A stretch of DNA of 64,000 nucleotides, taken from NCBI RefSeq assembly GCF_009914755.1, contig NC_060932.1; one strand, 5' to 3'. A model generated the notes under the pieces. That model searched no databases and was not told where the DNA came from. It was given only the letters and a program-made list of their open reading frames with translations. Within the stretch, counting starts at the first letter, position 1. Every line of letters begins with the position of its first letter. This document shows, piece after piece, positions 15,088 through 28,769 of the stretch. A program made the position numbers and the translations under genes. The DNA comes from the human T2T-CHM13v2.0 reference genome, Homo sapiens.

Positions 15088-16180
15088 AAGGTCTACTTTT
15101 GACATTTTTATTTTAATTATTTTGTGCTTTCTAGTTTCACTGTTTTTTTTTTTTTTAATTTCGTTCAATATTGATGCATACTTAAAAGGACTTTCTTCAA
15201 TACTGGGCAATTCTTAGCTTTTTTTTTTTTTAATATTGCCTTTCCATTTTTACCTTTATTCTCTTTTTCCAGAACTCCTACTTAATGGATATTAGAAATT
15301 CTCAATATATTACTCGTCTTTTAACAGCTCTTCTTTAAAAAAAAATCTCTATTTCTCTGTGTACACTATAGAGAAAACATTTTTGTATTTTCTTCAAATT
15401 GCCCAATTCTCTCTTTAATTAATCCCAGTCAAGTTATTGTCCTATTATCCTGTTGAGTTTATTAGATCAACTATATTTTTCAACTTAATGGTTGTAATTT
15501 TAAAAAATACTCACTTGTTCTTTTTACGTTTCTATTTCATAATTTTATTGTTATTTGTAGATATGATTCCTTCATTTATCTCTTTGTAGATCCTAAACAT
15601 ATTTATTTTGAGGCCTATTTCAGATTGTTTTCTTATTTTATTTCTATCTGTAGTGAACTCATATTTTGATCGTTAATTTTGTTGGCTTTTTTCCTATTTC
15701 TTGCTTTATTTGGAACTTATATTTTTAGGCTCATTTTAAATGGGTGGATATTTTTCTTTCACTCTTTCCTTATTTTAATTTAATTTACTCTCCAGTTAAT
15801 GGTTTTGAAATGACTGTCCGTAGGCCCCACAGAACCATGCTTTTTATTGGTGGTCTAGGACTCAGGCTCTGCAGTGAAACTGGGCATGGTATAGCTTTGG
15901 CTGGCTGGTGGTTTGATTCCTTTCCGGATCTTAAGGCTCTGTCTGCTTTATTTTGCTGAAGCATTTGGCAATAACTTTTAGGAGGCCCAGAAGTCAACCC
16001 AAAAATACATTTTATTCTGTAGTTTCTTAATTGTTAATATCAAGTGTAAAACATTATCCCTTGCCTCCTCCCACTTTAGATGAGTAATTTAACATGTAAA
16101 TTCCCCCTTCTCTCCTCCTTCTTGGTTTTGCTAATATGATTTGGGATTTTAAATCAGAATTACTGCTCTAAATTTATTGT
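15088..16180 (-). mobile_element. Old L1M fragments
   Basis: T-rich, degenerate antisense L1-like sequence. Confidence 0.4.
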
Positions 16181-16559
16181 TTTAAAAGGCCAGCTTCCCT
16201 CTTAAACAGGGAATGCTTCAGTGTAATATAATAGGAACACCCATGATTCTCTAAACTTCCATAAATGAAGCACTAGTGATCATAAAGAAGATGAAGAAAT
16301 TTTGGGGGACTGCCAATTTCCTTTCACCTAGGTGATAATTGTAAAAAGTGAAACATAAAAGTGGCCTGACTAAAACAGGCAATCTTCGTAGGTCTTTCTA
16401 ATAGTTATCTTTGTTTCAGTGCAGCTTTTAGCTTATGTCCTGGTTATAAATAGGTTACACAATAGGCATTGGAAATATTCATGAGAGTGTGGAGGTATTT
16501 AAATGGCAAGTAATTGCTGGAGTTACAGCAAAAACTAAAAGCTAGATGGTCTACACTAT

Positions 16560-18045
16560 CACGGAATTTATCACAGTTAAACAAACTGTGAGCCATTTGT
16601 GCTTCCTCTTCAAGTTCACCTTCAACACGTTTCATCTGTCTTCCATCTCCATGGCTGCACTAAAGCTGCCCTGGTCAAGGATGCTCATGATCTCCATGTT
16701 GCCAAACCTAATAGACCTCACTGTACTTGACTTTTTGGCAACATTCATGAGAGTTGACTGCCCATCTTTCTTAAGACACTTTTCCCTCTTAGTTTTGATG
16801 AAACCAACTCCTATTTTTCCTCCTGTTTTTCTGGCTGCTCCTTGACTTTTTGACCGATAAATATTAGAGTTCCCAGGGCTTATTCCTGAGTCTTATTTTC
16901 TATCAATACTCTCTCCTTATGAAACCTTAACCAGTCCCATAGCTTTAAATAATGCATAATGAGGATTCTTAGTTAATTTTCAGCTCTAAACCCTCTTCCA
17001 AATTGCAAACTAACTCATAGGACTGATTTCCTGTTTGATATCACCACATGGATGTGTAACAAACGTTTCAAACTTAACATGTCTGAAACAAACCAGGAAT
17101 TGTCACCCATCCAATGGTTCCTTCCCAATTCCCCCCAGCACTGAACCTCAGTAAATGATCCTACCAGACAGCTGCTAAGCCAAAAATCTAGAAATCTCTT
17201 ATCACTGTTTCTTTAACCCCAACATCCAATCCATCAGATCACCTACAATATACATGTTGACTCTACCATGTCTCTCCATTCCCATCACCACTATGAAAGT
17301 TTAAGCCACCATCACCTCTTGTCTGGACCACAGCAATTGATTCCCATTGGTCTCTCTGCTTTTATGCATGCCTCACTCCAGTGTCTTCTTTGCATGGCCA
17401 ACTAATCTTTTTAGAATATGAATCGTGTCATGTTATTCCCTAGCTAAAGACCCTCAGTGATTTCCCAGTGAATTTAGAAAAGGTCTAGATTTTCTTAACC
17501 TGGCTTGTTGCAGCAAACTCACCTTATTCTATTCTCCCTTTAGTTCTTTCTCTTCGAAAACTTGGCAAGTTTCTGTGCCTTAGATATTTGGTATTTTCTT
17601 TTCCCTCTGCCTGGGAGATTCCTTGCCTGTCTCTCTGCAAGGTTTTGACATAAACATGACATCCTCAAAGACGTTTCCTCCGACCACACTATCTAAAGTA
17701 TCTCCTGGATTATTTAGTTCAGTTAATATTTTCTTTTTTCCCTTTATACTAGTACATGGAACTTTCTCGTTTGTTTCTTTACTCTCTATCTCTATCCATT
17801 AGAATGTAAGTTCCCTAATGGCTGAGACTTCATCTTGTTCGTGGATATAGTCTCATAACCTAGAACTAGGATGACAATATAATTTATTTTCCAAATTGGG
17901 ACACTTTTGTTTGTGCTAAAATACCATGATGAGTGAGATGCAAGGATAATAGGTGTAAGCACAGACTACACCAGGAAAATGCGGATTTACAGTCAAGCTG
18001 CCTAGAGCATAAGCTGACATCTAGTTAGCCCTCAATAATGAACTG
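16560..18045 (+). mobile_element. L2 (RT region to 3' end), split by MER94
   Basis: catgatctccatgttgccaaacctaat, ccaacatccaatccatcag, cattagaatgtaagttcc, ctcaataa terminus. Confidence 0.85.
17867..18000 (+). mobile_element. MER94 (hAT-Blackjack MITE)
   Basis: taggatgacaatataatttattttccaaattgggacacttttg matches MER94; 8-bp TSD cctagaac/cctagagc. Confidence 0.8.
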
Positions 18046-18059
18046 TTAAAAACAGTTAC

Positions 18060-18556
18060 AGAATCACATGCTGCTAAGTGAAGGAAGCCAGTATGAAAAG
18101 GATGACTACTGTATGATTCTGTTTATAAGAGATTGTAGTGAAGACAAAACTATAGCAATGGTAAACAGATCAGTGATTGCCAGGGCTTGGGGAAGGGAAA
18201 GAGTTGAATAGGTGAAGCATGGGGGATTCTTTAGGACAGTGAAACTCACCTATGTGATGCTGTCATGGTGAATTCATGACATCTTGCATTTGTTAAAATC
18301 CATAGAACTTTGCAAACAGTGAACTTCTTATATACAACTTTTAAAAAATCACTTAGGAGGTCAGGGGATCCCAGGATGGAATATAGGCTACAACAAAAGA
18401 ACTTAATGTGTTATAAATGTATATGATAACCTCACTGAAGGAAGTGATAGGGTTGGGGTTGGGGAGGTACTGACCTAAGTAACTTTGGAAATGAATGGAG
18501 ACTGGAAGACTAAAGCCATAGTAACTGCACATAAGCACTGTTCTATTTGGTAAAGC
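18060..18556 (+). mobile_element. L1MC3-like 3' UTR fragment
   Basis: ctaagtgaaggaagccag...ggggatcccaggatggaat...gacctaagtaactttggaaatgaatggag. Confidence 0.75.
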
Positions 18557-18560
18557 TTTC

Positions 18561-18642
18561 CCTTGCCTGGCTCTCTGTAAGGTTTTGACACAAATATGAC
18601 ATCCTCAAAGATGTTTCCTCCAACCACGCTATCTAAAGTATC
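18561..18642 (+). repeat. 82-bp direct copy of 17621-17702
   Basis: 75/82 identical, ungapped, offset 940 bp. Confidence 0.95.
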
Positions 18643-18789
18643 ACGTATAATAGGAGCAAGCTGAAGAATGCTGTAGGCAATGAGTGGTATGTGGGAGGAC
18701 CCACAGGCAAAAAACAAAAGATTGCATTGCAAAAACATTAGCAAGTCCAGTATCTTATATCCATCACTCTTTCTTCACATGAAAGCTCT

Positions 18790-18960
18790 TTCTTTAAGAG
18801 CTCCTGAAAGGACTGTTATGATTCCCATTTTACAGATGAGGAAATCAAGACCCTGAGAGGTAGTGCTTTTCCCAACGACATACACCCTATTCGTGGTTAA
18901 AACAGAACAGGGAGCCCAGCCTATCAGACTCTAAAACCTATACCATTCCTCTCATGTTAC
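18790..18960 (-). mobile_element. MIR
   Basis: cccattttacagatgaggaaat core. Confidence 0.8.
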
Positions 18961-19759
18961 TCTCCATTTGCTTAAGAATCCTATAGAAGTCGGCTGTAGT
19001 CAGTTTCTCACTTCTGAAAATGAACAAAACTGAGTGTGTATGGAGCTAACATGCAGATCAGTAGGGGGGCTGGGAAACGTTGACCATGGCAGCCGCTAGT
19101 TCTCACTAAGTTGCTCTCACAAGCAGCATTCTCTTACTTGCCAGGAACCAGAGCCCTATGAAACCAGAGGTCAAATTCCAACCTATGAACCCAAGGGAAA
19201 TTATGTATCATGAAAATATGGCCTGGGAACTGGAACCAAAAAACAAAAAGTCCTGTTATGGAAAGGAGAATGAGAATAGTAGAAGGAAAGGCAGGGTTGG
19301 AGACAGACTGTACTGGGACTGGGGTGGTGGAGAGATGAGCAAGGTGAGCAGCTCAGTCTCCACGTGGCAGGTGCCCCCAGGAAGAATCAAGAGTTGGCCC
19401 AACGCTGCTCATTTAAATGGCTCTGCTGCCACCTCTACCTCCCACCTCCTTCCTCCTCCTCCATCACCACTATGTAGCAAGCTGCTAAAAAACCAGGAGG
19501 AACTGTCCAAACCTAGCACCTGCCTAAAGAGGATCATGGTTGTCTTCCACCTGCTGGGCCTGGGAACAGGGCAACATTTTCTGGAGTAGGATAGGAAAAG
19601 AGATACCGTAGCCTGAAAACAAACTCAAGTGCTAGACTTCAGCATTATAGCACTGATAACAGAGAGTCCATAAAATGGCAAAAAAAAAAAAAAAAAAAAA
19701 AGGCCAAAATACTTTTTCGGAACACCCACACCAATGTAGGAAAGCACTCAGAGGGGGTT

Positions 19760-20000
19760 GAATATTTGGCAAACTAGTTATAATGGATCATAAGCTCAAC
19801 TGCTTTTAAGCTAAAGGGCTGGGGATAAGTTTACTAATGAAAAGGGATGGCAAGTATAATACTGTCTGATATTGTTGGTCAAAAGAATGTGAGGCTTGGG
19901 AAGGGGAACTGGTAATCTGTTTTGTCCCTCTGTCCCAGTTCCCAGGTGGAATGATTCCTAGGTTCAGCACTGTGGCATCCTTTGTGGCCCCTTCAGCCCT
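19760..20000 (+). mobile_element. Possible L3/CR1 remnant
   Basis: Weak resemblance to the CR1 RT C-terminal region (gatcataagctcaac...ggttcagcactgtggc). Confidence 0.3.
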
Positions 20001-20669
20001 CCTACTCAGGCTCCAGAACTGGAGCTGATTTGTCCTGGGTCCCACCCACCTAGAGGATGGCCTTTTCAGAGTTTGACCTGTTGTTTGTGTGGTCGTTTGA
20101 TAGAGGGCCAGAATTTTCTCTAGGGTGAATTAAATTTTTGGGATCCAGGTTTGGGGCACACCCAGTATCTCCTAATGACTTAGCTAAAGAGACTCAATTT
20201 TACCGCACAGATGGAGTCAGGCATGTTGTTCTCTTTCCAAGCAAGCTGGAATCAAAGGGAGGTGTGGTACAGGCTCAGAACTTTGAAGCTGGAAGCAATT
20301 GACATTTGGATCCTGGAGGAGGAAGGGGAAGTATTTGTGGTTCGATGTTTACATTGGCTCAGATAACAGGGCTCAAACAGTTGCGGTCTTACTTTCTCAT
20401 CATCACGCCCTCCTGCATCAGCCTCACGGAGCTGGCTAAGTAGGGTCCTAGAGACATTCCTCACTGCTGACCTTTGTCCTGGCTGTTTCTAACACAAGCA
20501 CCATTAGCTGTCCTGTAGCATAGGATATAAAATGTCGGGGAGTGGGGGTGGCGTGAGAGTTCACCAGGTCAGCCTGCTGCTCTGACTCTGAGTCCTATAT
20601 AGCATTCTCTGTTAATTGTTTGAAGTTCTGTGCAAGAAGATGGCACCACTCTGAAATATTAACATAGAA

Positions 20670-21150
20670 TGGGGCTACTTGGGGGAAAATATATGAGCAA
20701 TGTAAGTACTATGAATTCTTTTTTAAGAAAACATGCCAGAAGGATAACACTTCTGTATGAATACTTCAAGGTACTTACTGAAGCAAGCTGTATACTGGTA
20801 CCATCTTGATCCTAACACTGAGCACACTGCTGGAGCTCATGTTTGGAAATGGTCTTGGGGGACTTGCTACATTCCTTTGCATGCCATCAATAGTGAGTCT
20901 TCATTCTTGAAGGACGTATTTGATTTGAGGAAGAGCCAAACTTCATAATAACCTCAATCTAGAATGATAGGTAATTTGGCAGAGAATTATTGTTTTGGGT
21001 AGAAATAATTATAAAACCTTTTTTTCTCTTCTAACATCATCTTTCTGACTGACATCGCAGAGTCTAAGATTTTCAGTTTTGGAAACATTTGGAGAAATAA
21101 TGAAAGGCATTCCAAAAGAACTTCATGCTGAATGCCATTTGGACAATCTA
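20670..21150. mobile_element. MARNA-like mariner fossil
   Basis: cttgaaggacgtatttgatttgaggaagagccaaa and aggcattccaaaaga resemble the MARNA consensus as recalled. Confidence 0.45.
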
Positions 21151-21431
21151 AACTCAGTCCTGAATTTGGAGTATCAATATCATCTATTCAGGGACTGTTA
21201 AAAACATGGTATTTCAAGTCAATAAAATTAGTAATAGTAACATTTGTGCAATACTTTTAACTTTTCAGAGGGCCTTTGGAACCCGTATTTAGTGGTTACC
21301 AAGTTCCAATGAGGCAATATTTGATCACAAAGATGTTTAACCCCTTTGGGTATAAAGAAAGGGACTTAAACTAACGTTTGATCCTCTGATTGGATGAAAA
21401 CTTAACTTTTAAAATACATACTATCATATTT

Positions 21432-21655
21432 TATGGTGAAGTGGTTAGAAACCTCGGCTGGGGAGCCAGCCTACCTGGGTTTCAATCTTGCCTCCATCAA
21501 TTACATAGCTCAAATTAACCTTTTAGAACTTCAATTTTCTTCTTTGTGAAATGGAAATAACAATAGTACTTACCTCAAAGGATTTTTTGAGTATCAAATG
21601 AATTTAAGATATATACATTGCACATAGTAAGCACTAAAAAAATGTCCATTGTGAT
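21432..21655 (+). mobile_element. MIR
   Basis: gtggttagaaacctcggctggggagccagcctacctgggttt...gcacatagtaagcact. Confidence 0.85.
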
Positions 21656-22249
21656 TACCCAATCACACTATAACATAGCAGGGCAGATATTCTCAATCTC
21701 AATTTTATTTGATTGGCACAACGATCTTGATTGAGATGTGAAAATGCGCGAAAAATAAAGAGTCAGAGTTTAAAACTTTCTAAAACTCCCTGTACACAAG
21801 CTAGATTATAACAATATCTGTTTTTCTTTTCAGTTACTCTAGTGAACAATACACTCTCAGTTTTAGAACACTGTGACTAAATAGGAATTTGTAAAGCCCA
21901 TTGTTATTTCTTACTTTTTTCTTATCAGACCATTCCTGAAAAAAGATTTAATACACATGGATGCTTAAAAAATTATAAGAATAATGCAGATTGATAAGAC
22001 ACATGCATTCTACTGTATGTTCATTCAAAATTAAAGCAAAAGGTTGCAAATTCATTTCCCAGAGAATCTGTTAGAAAACTTTGTAGGATTTTTGGTTATG
22101 CAAATAAGTGAAAATGTCTTCCTCAATTAATGCTATTAAATTTGGGGTTTAGATGGTAAAATTTAAATTTTAGGACATAAATTACTTCATTTTTCAGCCA
22201 AAATGCTATGATACATGAATGCCTTGTAATTGAAGAGAAGTCACTTAAT

Positions 22250-22545
22250 TCAATTGGATAATCTGGCCAAGTTATTCAGTCACTTTAAGTCTAAATTTCC
22301 CCATCAATAAAAAGAGGTTACTAAAAATACTTAATATTAGGCTAGGAAAGAATATATGTGAGTGTTGTGAACAAATACCTGGTAGTCATTTGCCTAGGTG
22401 TGTCTGTTAGGGAGCGAATTGTTCTGAGAAATAAGAGGTGATATATTGAAAATACTTAGCACCATGACTGCCACATTTAAGCTCTCAATAAAGAAGAGCT
22501 ATCAGTATTACTATTACTACTGCTATGATGACTGCTACTACTATC
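22250..22545 (+). mobile_element. MIR with internal insertion and (TAY)n tail
   Basis: MIR core at about 22260-22320, 3' half at about 22420-22500. Confidence 0.6.
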
Positions 22546-23842
22546 CTTCGAGATCTCATTCAAATGAGCTCACACTCTCCCCAGTTGCAATAAATAATTT
22601 GGTCAATTATCACAAGATGCTATATTTTATTATATATGTGCATGTCCCAAGAGCTGAAAAGGATCCACAAGCATTTTAAGAGAGCCCCTTTTACTGGTTC
22701 AAGAGTTAAGATTTACGTGTATTCGTGAACATAGTGAAGAAAATTAGCTTGGGCTGGAAGAGAGGAGAGGGTATGGAGGGGTTATGACTCCTGTGTAACC
22801 CTGGTTTCTGGGACATGGCAAGGAACCAACAGAGAGAAATTGTGAGAGGGGAAAATTCTGCTTACTGCAGAGTGCTTAAGACTAAGGAGCCACGGTCGTG
22901 GGGTGGGGATGATCAGCTTTATGCCTCAGCACAGGGTATAGAGAAGTCCCATGCAGAGAGAATGAGGGGTGCAACCCATATGTCCAGCTCCCAACCCACC
23001 AGCTCAAGGCATCAGGGTCTGAACAAAGAGGGTTCAGATGAACAGAAACAAAAATGGTCATTTGATAGACCCATCCAGATGGCCTGAGCCAAGTCCTCCT
23101 GGAGCTCAGTCACCATCTGCCTACAATGCCTTCCATCCAATCCCCTCAAAGCCCCCAAGTCACCTTCCAATGAGTCCCATAGTACCCTGTGCATCTTAGG
23201 GTAACTGGTGCACTATGTAAATTCAACCCCCCAAGGAGAGACAGAAAAATGATTCTATTTTTTCCCTGCATTATGCTCTCAAATACTGTGTTTGAATGTC
23301 CCAGAAATGCATTTGTTACATTTCGTCTGAAGCTGAGGATGGGAGGAGGATGGAGGGAGCAGAAGCGCCTGCCCTCAGCCACATGGAGTGGGGTCCCTTA
23401 CCTCACCCTACTCTGTCTCCTGTGATGGGCTTCTGCTGAAACTGTGGTCTCTGTGTTGGTGAACAGCAACATTTTTTGGGGGGTGGGGAATGTTCTTCAC
23501 CTGGAGACACAGGTACCACTCCGTGCCCTTCCTCACTCTCCAAGGCCCTCTGAAAACTAGGAAGAGGAGGAATTTGCTCCATGTTCTTCCTGGGCATACA
23601 ACACCACATTGCCTTCATGCACTGATGGCTCGCAAGAACTTACTGCCTTAAAAATCTCAGGACAAAAAGCAGACAGCACTCCATATATTTTCATATGCCC
23701 TCAACTTTAGGGAGCCCAGATACAACTCTCTTGAGTAAGAAAAGTCCATGATCCACTAATCAGACAGCTCCAGAGAAGACTCATGGGTCCCTCAGCACAG
23801 CACTCACCCAGATGAGATGCAAGAAGCAGGACTCCTTTGTCA

Positions 23843-25968
23843 TTTTACATCCCCACCAACAGTGCACAAGGGTTTCAGTTTATCCACCAACATGTTATTT
23901 TCTGTTGTTGTTGGTTTTTTTTTTTTTTAATCAGGGCCATCTTGATGAGTGTGAGGTGATATCTCACTGTGCTTTTGCTATTGTTGTCTTTATTGTTGAG
24001 GTTATGAGTTGGGTATGTATTCTGTATATAAACCCCTTATCAGACATGATTTGCAAATATTTTCTCCCATTCCATTTCTCTCAGTCACTCAGTTGATTGT
24101 ATCCTTTGATGCACAGAGGTTTTTTATTTTGATGTAGTCCAACTTATCTATTTTTTCTTTTATTGGCCTTTGCTTCTAGTATCATATCCAAGAAGTCATT
24201 GCCAAATCCAATGTCATAAAACTATTCCTTTTGTTTTATTCTAAGAGTTTTATAGTTTTAGCTCTTACACTTAGGTCTTTGACCCATTTGAATTAATTTT
24301 TATATATGGCATAAGGCAAAGTTTCCAACTTCATTCTTTTGCATGTGGGTATCCAGTTTTCCCAACACCATTTGTTGAAAATGTTATTTCCCTGTATTAA
24401 GTGGTCTGGGCAACCTTGTTGAAAATCATTTGATCAGATATAGGAGGGTTTATTTCTGAGCTGTCTATTCTATTCCGTTTTTTCTATATGTTTGTCTTTA
24501 TGCCAGTACCAAACTGTTTTGATTTCTATAGCTTTATAATAAAATTCGAAATCAGGAAGTATGAGACTTCCAACTTTGTTCTTCTTTTTCAAGATTGTTT
24601 GGCTATTCAGGATCTCTTGAGATTCTATATGAACTTTAGAATGGATCTTTCTATTTCTGCAAATAATGCAGAAATTTTGATAGAGATTGCATTGAATCTA
24701 TAGCTCTCTTTGGGTAGTATTGATGCCTTAACAATATTAAGTCTTGCAGTTCATGAACACACAGTATCTTTCCATTTATTTGTGCCTTTAATTTTTTCAC
24801 AAATGTTTTATACTTTCTACTTAACAAGTCTTTCTCTTTCTTGGTTCAATTTATTCCTAAGTGTTTTACTATTTTTGATGATATTGTAAATGGAATTGTT
24901 TCCCTGATTTCCTTTCCAGATTGTTCATTGTTAGTGTATAGAAACACGCTGAGTTTTGTGGGCTGATGCTGACTTAATTCTACAACTTTACTGAATTTAT
25001 TAACAGATTTTATTGTTGTTTTGTTTTAGTATGGAATCCTTATTGTTTTCTATGTATAGGATCACTTTGTCTGAGAATAGAAATAATTTTACTTATTTCT
25101 TTCCAATTTTGATGTTTTTAATTTCATCTTCTTGCCTAATTGCTTGGACTAGGGCTTCTAGTATTATGTTTAGTTGAAGTGGCAAAAATGAGCATACTTG
25201 CCTTGTTCCCATTCTTAGAAGGAAAACTTACAGGGTTTCACCATTGGGTGTAATGTTAACTGTGGACTTTTGATATATGATCTTTATTATGTTGAAGTAG
25301 TTTTCCTCTATTTCTGGTTGTTGAGTGTTTTTATCATAAAAGGGTATTGAATTTCATCAAATGCTTTGTCTGCATCAATTGAGATAATCATGGCTTTTTT
25401 TTTCGCTTCATTTTGTTAATGTGGTATATTACATGGGTTGATTTTTGTGTGTTGAACCATCCTTGCATTCTAGGAATAAATCTCACTTGCTTATTGTATA
25501 TAATACTTTTAATGTAGTGTTGAATTCTGTTCACTCGTATTTTGTTGAGAATTTTTGCATCAATATTTAGGAATATTGTTCTGTTGTTTCCTCTTTTTGG
25601 ATGGTCTTTGTCTGGCTTTGGTATCAGTGTAATATTGGGTTCATGGAATGGGTTTGAAAGTGTTTCCTCCTCTTTGGAAGAGTTTGAGGAGGGTTGGTGT
25701 TAATTCTTCTTTAAATGCCTAGTAGAATTCATCAATGAAGCCATTTAGTCCTGGTCTTTTCTTTTTTGGGAGGTTTTTGGTTACTGATTCAATCTCTTTC
25801 CTGGGTATAGGTTTATTCAGATTTTTTTTTCTTCATGATTCGGTCTTTCTGGGTTGGATGTTTCTAGGAATTTGTCCATTTAAGATACATTATCCATTTT
25901 GTTGGTATACAACAGTTTATAGTACTCTCTGATAATCCATATTTCTGTAAAATTGGTTGTAACGTCAA
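23843..25968 (-). mobile_element. L1MB-like ORF2 fragment
   Basis: Continuous antisense ORF2 (tttatgccagtacc, gattgcattgaatc, gtctggctttggtatcag). Confidence 0.88.
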
Positions 25969-28151
25969 TTATTCACCATATTTTTATATTCAGGCTGTTC
26001 AGTCCTTGTCCGTGTTGAGATATTTAGAAACATTTTTCCCTTCCCAAAGTGAGTGCATCAGAAACCCTTTATTGAACTGAACATAAAATAGAAAAGCACT
26101 GGACCCCTTCCATCATGTGGACAACCAAACCTGGGCACGTTCACTGAAAAAGATGGACCTGGAGAAGGAGGCAGCAAAGGCAAGGCCAACAGGTTGGGAA
26201 CTTTGGCCACCAGGGCTGGGCTCTGAGGGTTGACCCTGAATGTTGAATGAGGACACTCGGTGAGATGTAGTAGTGTCTTCAGGCATGGCATGGGTCACAG
26301 AGGCACAGTGGTCCCACTCATCAAGGCAGCCCAGAGCCTACAGTGTGAACTTAAACCAGGCCAAGGGGGTCTGAGGGTCCCACATGCATATTTAGAGCCC
26401 AGTTCTGGCAGATGTGGAGCTCAGCAGAGGTGTAGTGTATTAATATACAGGGGGACTTGTCTTACAGGGCTGAAGCCTGGCCCTCATTGTGCTCTTGAAG
26501 AAGCAGAGTCTAGGCTGGGGGTCCCTCAGTGAGCTTCTTCAGGACAGAATGGAGGTATTCCCATTTCCTGCCCTATCATAGTAGTGACCAGGAAGAGGCT
26601 ATGGAGAACCATGAGTAGTATATATGCAGAAGGGAGATGGCCAACTTTTGTCTCATGTAGCCTTCCTCCTACAGTTATGACCCTGTTCTCACAGAAGCAA
26701 ATTCACAATTGGAAAAGGCATGCCTTACTCCCCACTATGGACAGCAAAATTAGTCTGTTATTTTCACATAAGAGATGTCCTTCTACTTGCCCAGCATGAT
26801 TTCAGATCCCTATTTTCAGCACTTTCATTCCCACCTACCCCTAAACAACCAAGAATATCCCTTAGCCTCCTCATTAGACAACTTTTCTCATCACCCACAA
26901 TTCATGCAGCTTTTGGCACTTAGCAGGTGTTTGATTGATAGGTGCTGAATGCTGGATTCTATTATTGTGGCCCTTCAGAGTGCCTTCGCTGAGAGAAGAT
27001 AGAGAAGAAATGTGTTCTCTGCTGAGACTGTAGGAGACCAAAGGGAAATGTGTGTGTCAATAAGTTTTTCCTTTATTTCATTCTTCTCATAAAAATTCAC
27101 CTACCCAGAGACCAGTATTCTCATTTGAAGCCTTTTGAGAAGGAACACAGCAGATGATAGGCAATGCCAGCTAGCAATTTTTTTTCTTCAAAGCAGGTTA
27201 GCAGGTTCAAATAAAACACATTGGAGAGGAATTACTTAAAACCAAAACGGAAACTGTGAAGTGCAAGCTGATATTTTTAGAAGTTTGTGTAATGACAGGT
27301 CAGATTCCTGAGGATTAGCCAAAGTGGCAAATCTAACACCACTTATTCAAAAAGGGGGCAAAAGATATAGCAGGCAATTATAGTTTAGCAGCAATTGTGG
27401 GGGGAAATCAACTCCTCTTGAACTTATTGAGAAAACAGCTTGAAAAGTGTAATTTGAATATAGATAGCCAACAAGAAGATTTCTACAAAGAGGGGGTGGG
27501 AAACTGATGGAGTGAAGAGAGGAAGGGAGAGGAGTTGCCACAGGTTCATTATTTTCATATTTTAAAGCCCTGAACAGTTTGAAAAAATGATTGCCAGAGG
27601 AGACCAGGAAAATTAGTGGTTGTCTGATTCAGGATCAATTTTCAAATCTGCCCAGTTTATAATTGTGCAACTTTTGCTGTCATCACTCATGTGACTCAGG
27701 GTCCAGATGTTCAGGGTTGAAATGTCCCCAGGGCTTGCCACCTCCCTGGTATGTCCCCGAGCCTCCCTTTTTTCCCCCACCAAACATTTTTCCCCTGTAC
27801 TTATTTCTTTATATACAAAATGCCTGCATGGGGGCTTAAAAATAAAAGGGAAAAAAGAAACTCTTAAATCCAGAGCTCAAGCTTAATGTGCATTATCTTT
27901 GGAAGAAGTGATGATGATTAAATCTGCACTCAGAAATGGGGGGCCAAGATCTTATTTTTTCGCAAGAGCAGATTTTTATGAGAACAGAATTTTGGGCTTT
28001 TGGGGGAATGAGCAAGATATGGGCATGAAAGAGAGGAGGGGAGCAGAGGAGACAAATTTGGATAACCTGATGGTTTTCATCAAGACTCAGTTGTCTGGGT
28101 TTGTTTTTTTCATTTCCAACCTTTGGAATAATGGGAGAACTTCAGAGTTGG

Positions 28152-28757
28152 GTTCAACCATTGTGGAAGTCAGTGTGGCGATTCCTCAGGGATCTAGAAC
28201 TGGAAATACCATTTGACCCAGCCATCTCATTACTGGGTATATACCCAAAGGACTATAAATCATGCTGCTATAAAGACACATGCACACGTATGTTTATTGC
28301 GGCATTATTCACGATAGCAAAGACTTGGAACCAACCCAAATGTCCAACAATGATAGACTGGATTAAGAAAATGTGGCACATATACACCATGGAATACTAT
28401 GCAGCCATAAAAAATGATGAGTTCGTGTCCTTTGTAGGGACATGGATGAAATTGGAAATCATCATTCTCAGTAAACTATCGCAAGAACAAAAAACCAAAC
28501 ACCGCATATTCTCACTCATAGGTGGGAAATGAACAATGAGAACACATGGACACAGGAAGGGGAACATCACACTCTGGGGACTGTTGTGGGGTTGGGGGAG
28601 GCGGGAGGGATAGCATTGGGAGATATACCTAATGCTAGATGACGAGTTAGTGGGTGCAGCACACCAGCATGGCACATGTATACATATGTAACTAACCTGC
28701 ACAATGTGTACATGTACCCTAAAACTTAAAGTATAATAATAATAATAATAATAAAAA
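28152..28757 (+). mobile_element. 5'-truncated L1PA2 with (AAT)n tail
   Basis: Near-consensus ORF2 C-terminus and 3'UTR; gcattgggagatatacctaatgctagatgacgagttag (GAG, not the L1HS-Ta ACA). Confidence 0.92.
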
Positions 28758-28769
28758 GATTATTTGGTC

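Noticed and set aside
19158-19589. 143-aa ORF in unique sequence
   Set aside because: No recognisable domain or exon structure; length is within chance expectation for 64 kb.
19680-19702. Isolated A23 tract as a truncated retroposon
   Set aside because: No convincing TSD or element body; treated as a simple homopolymer.
28101-28532. 143-aa ORF with an ORF2-like C-terminus
   Set aside because: Truncated L1PA2 ORF2 end joined in frame to flank by chance; non-ATG start.
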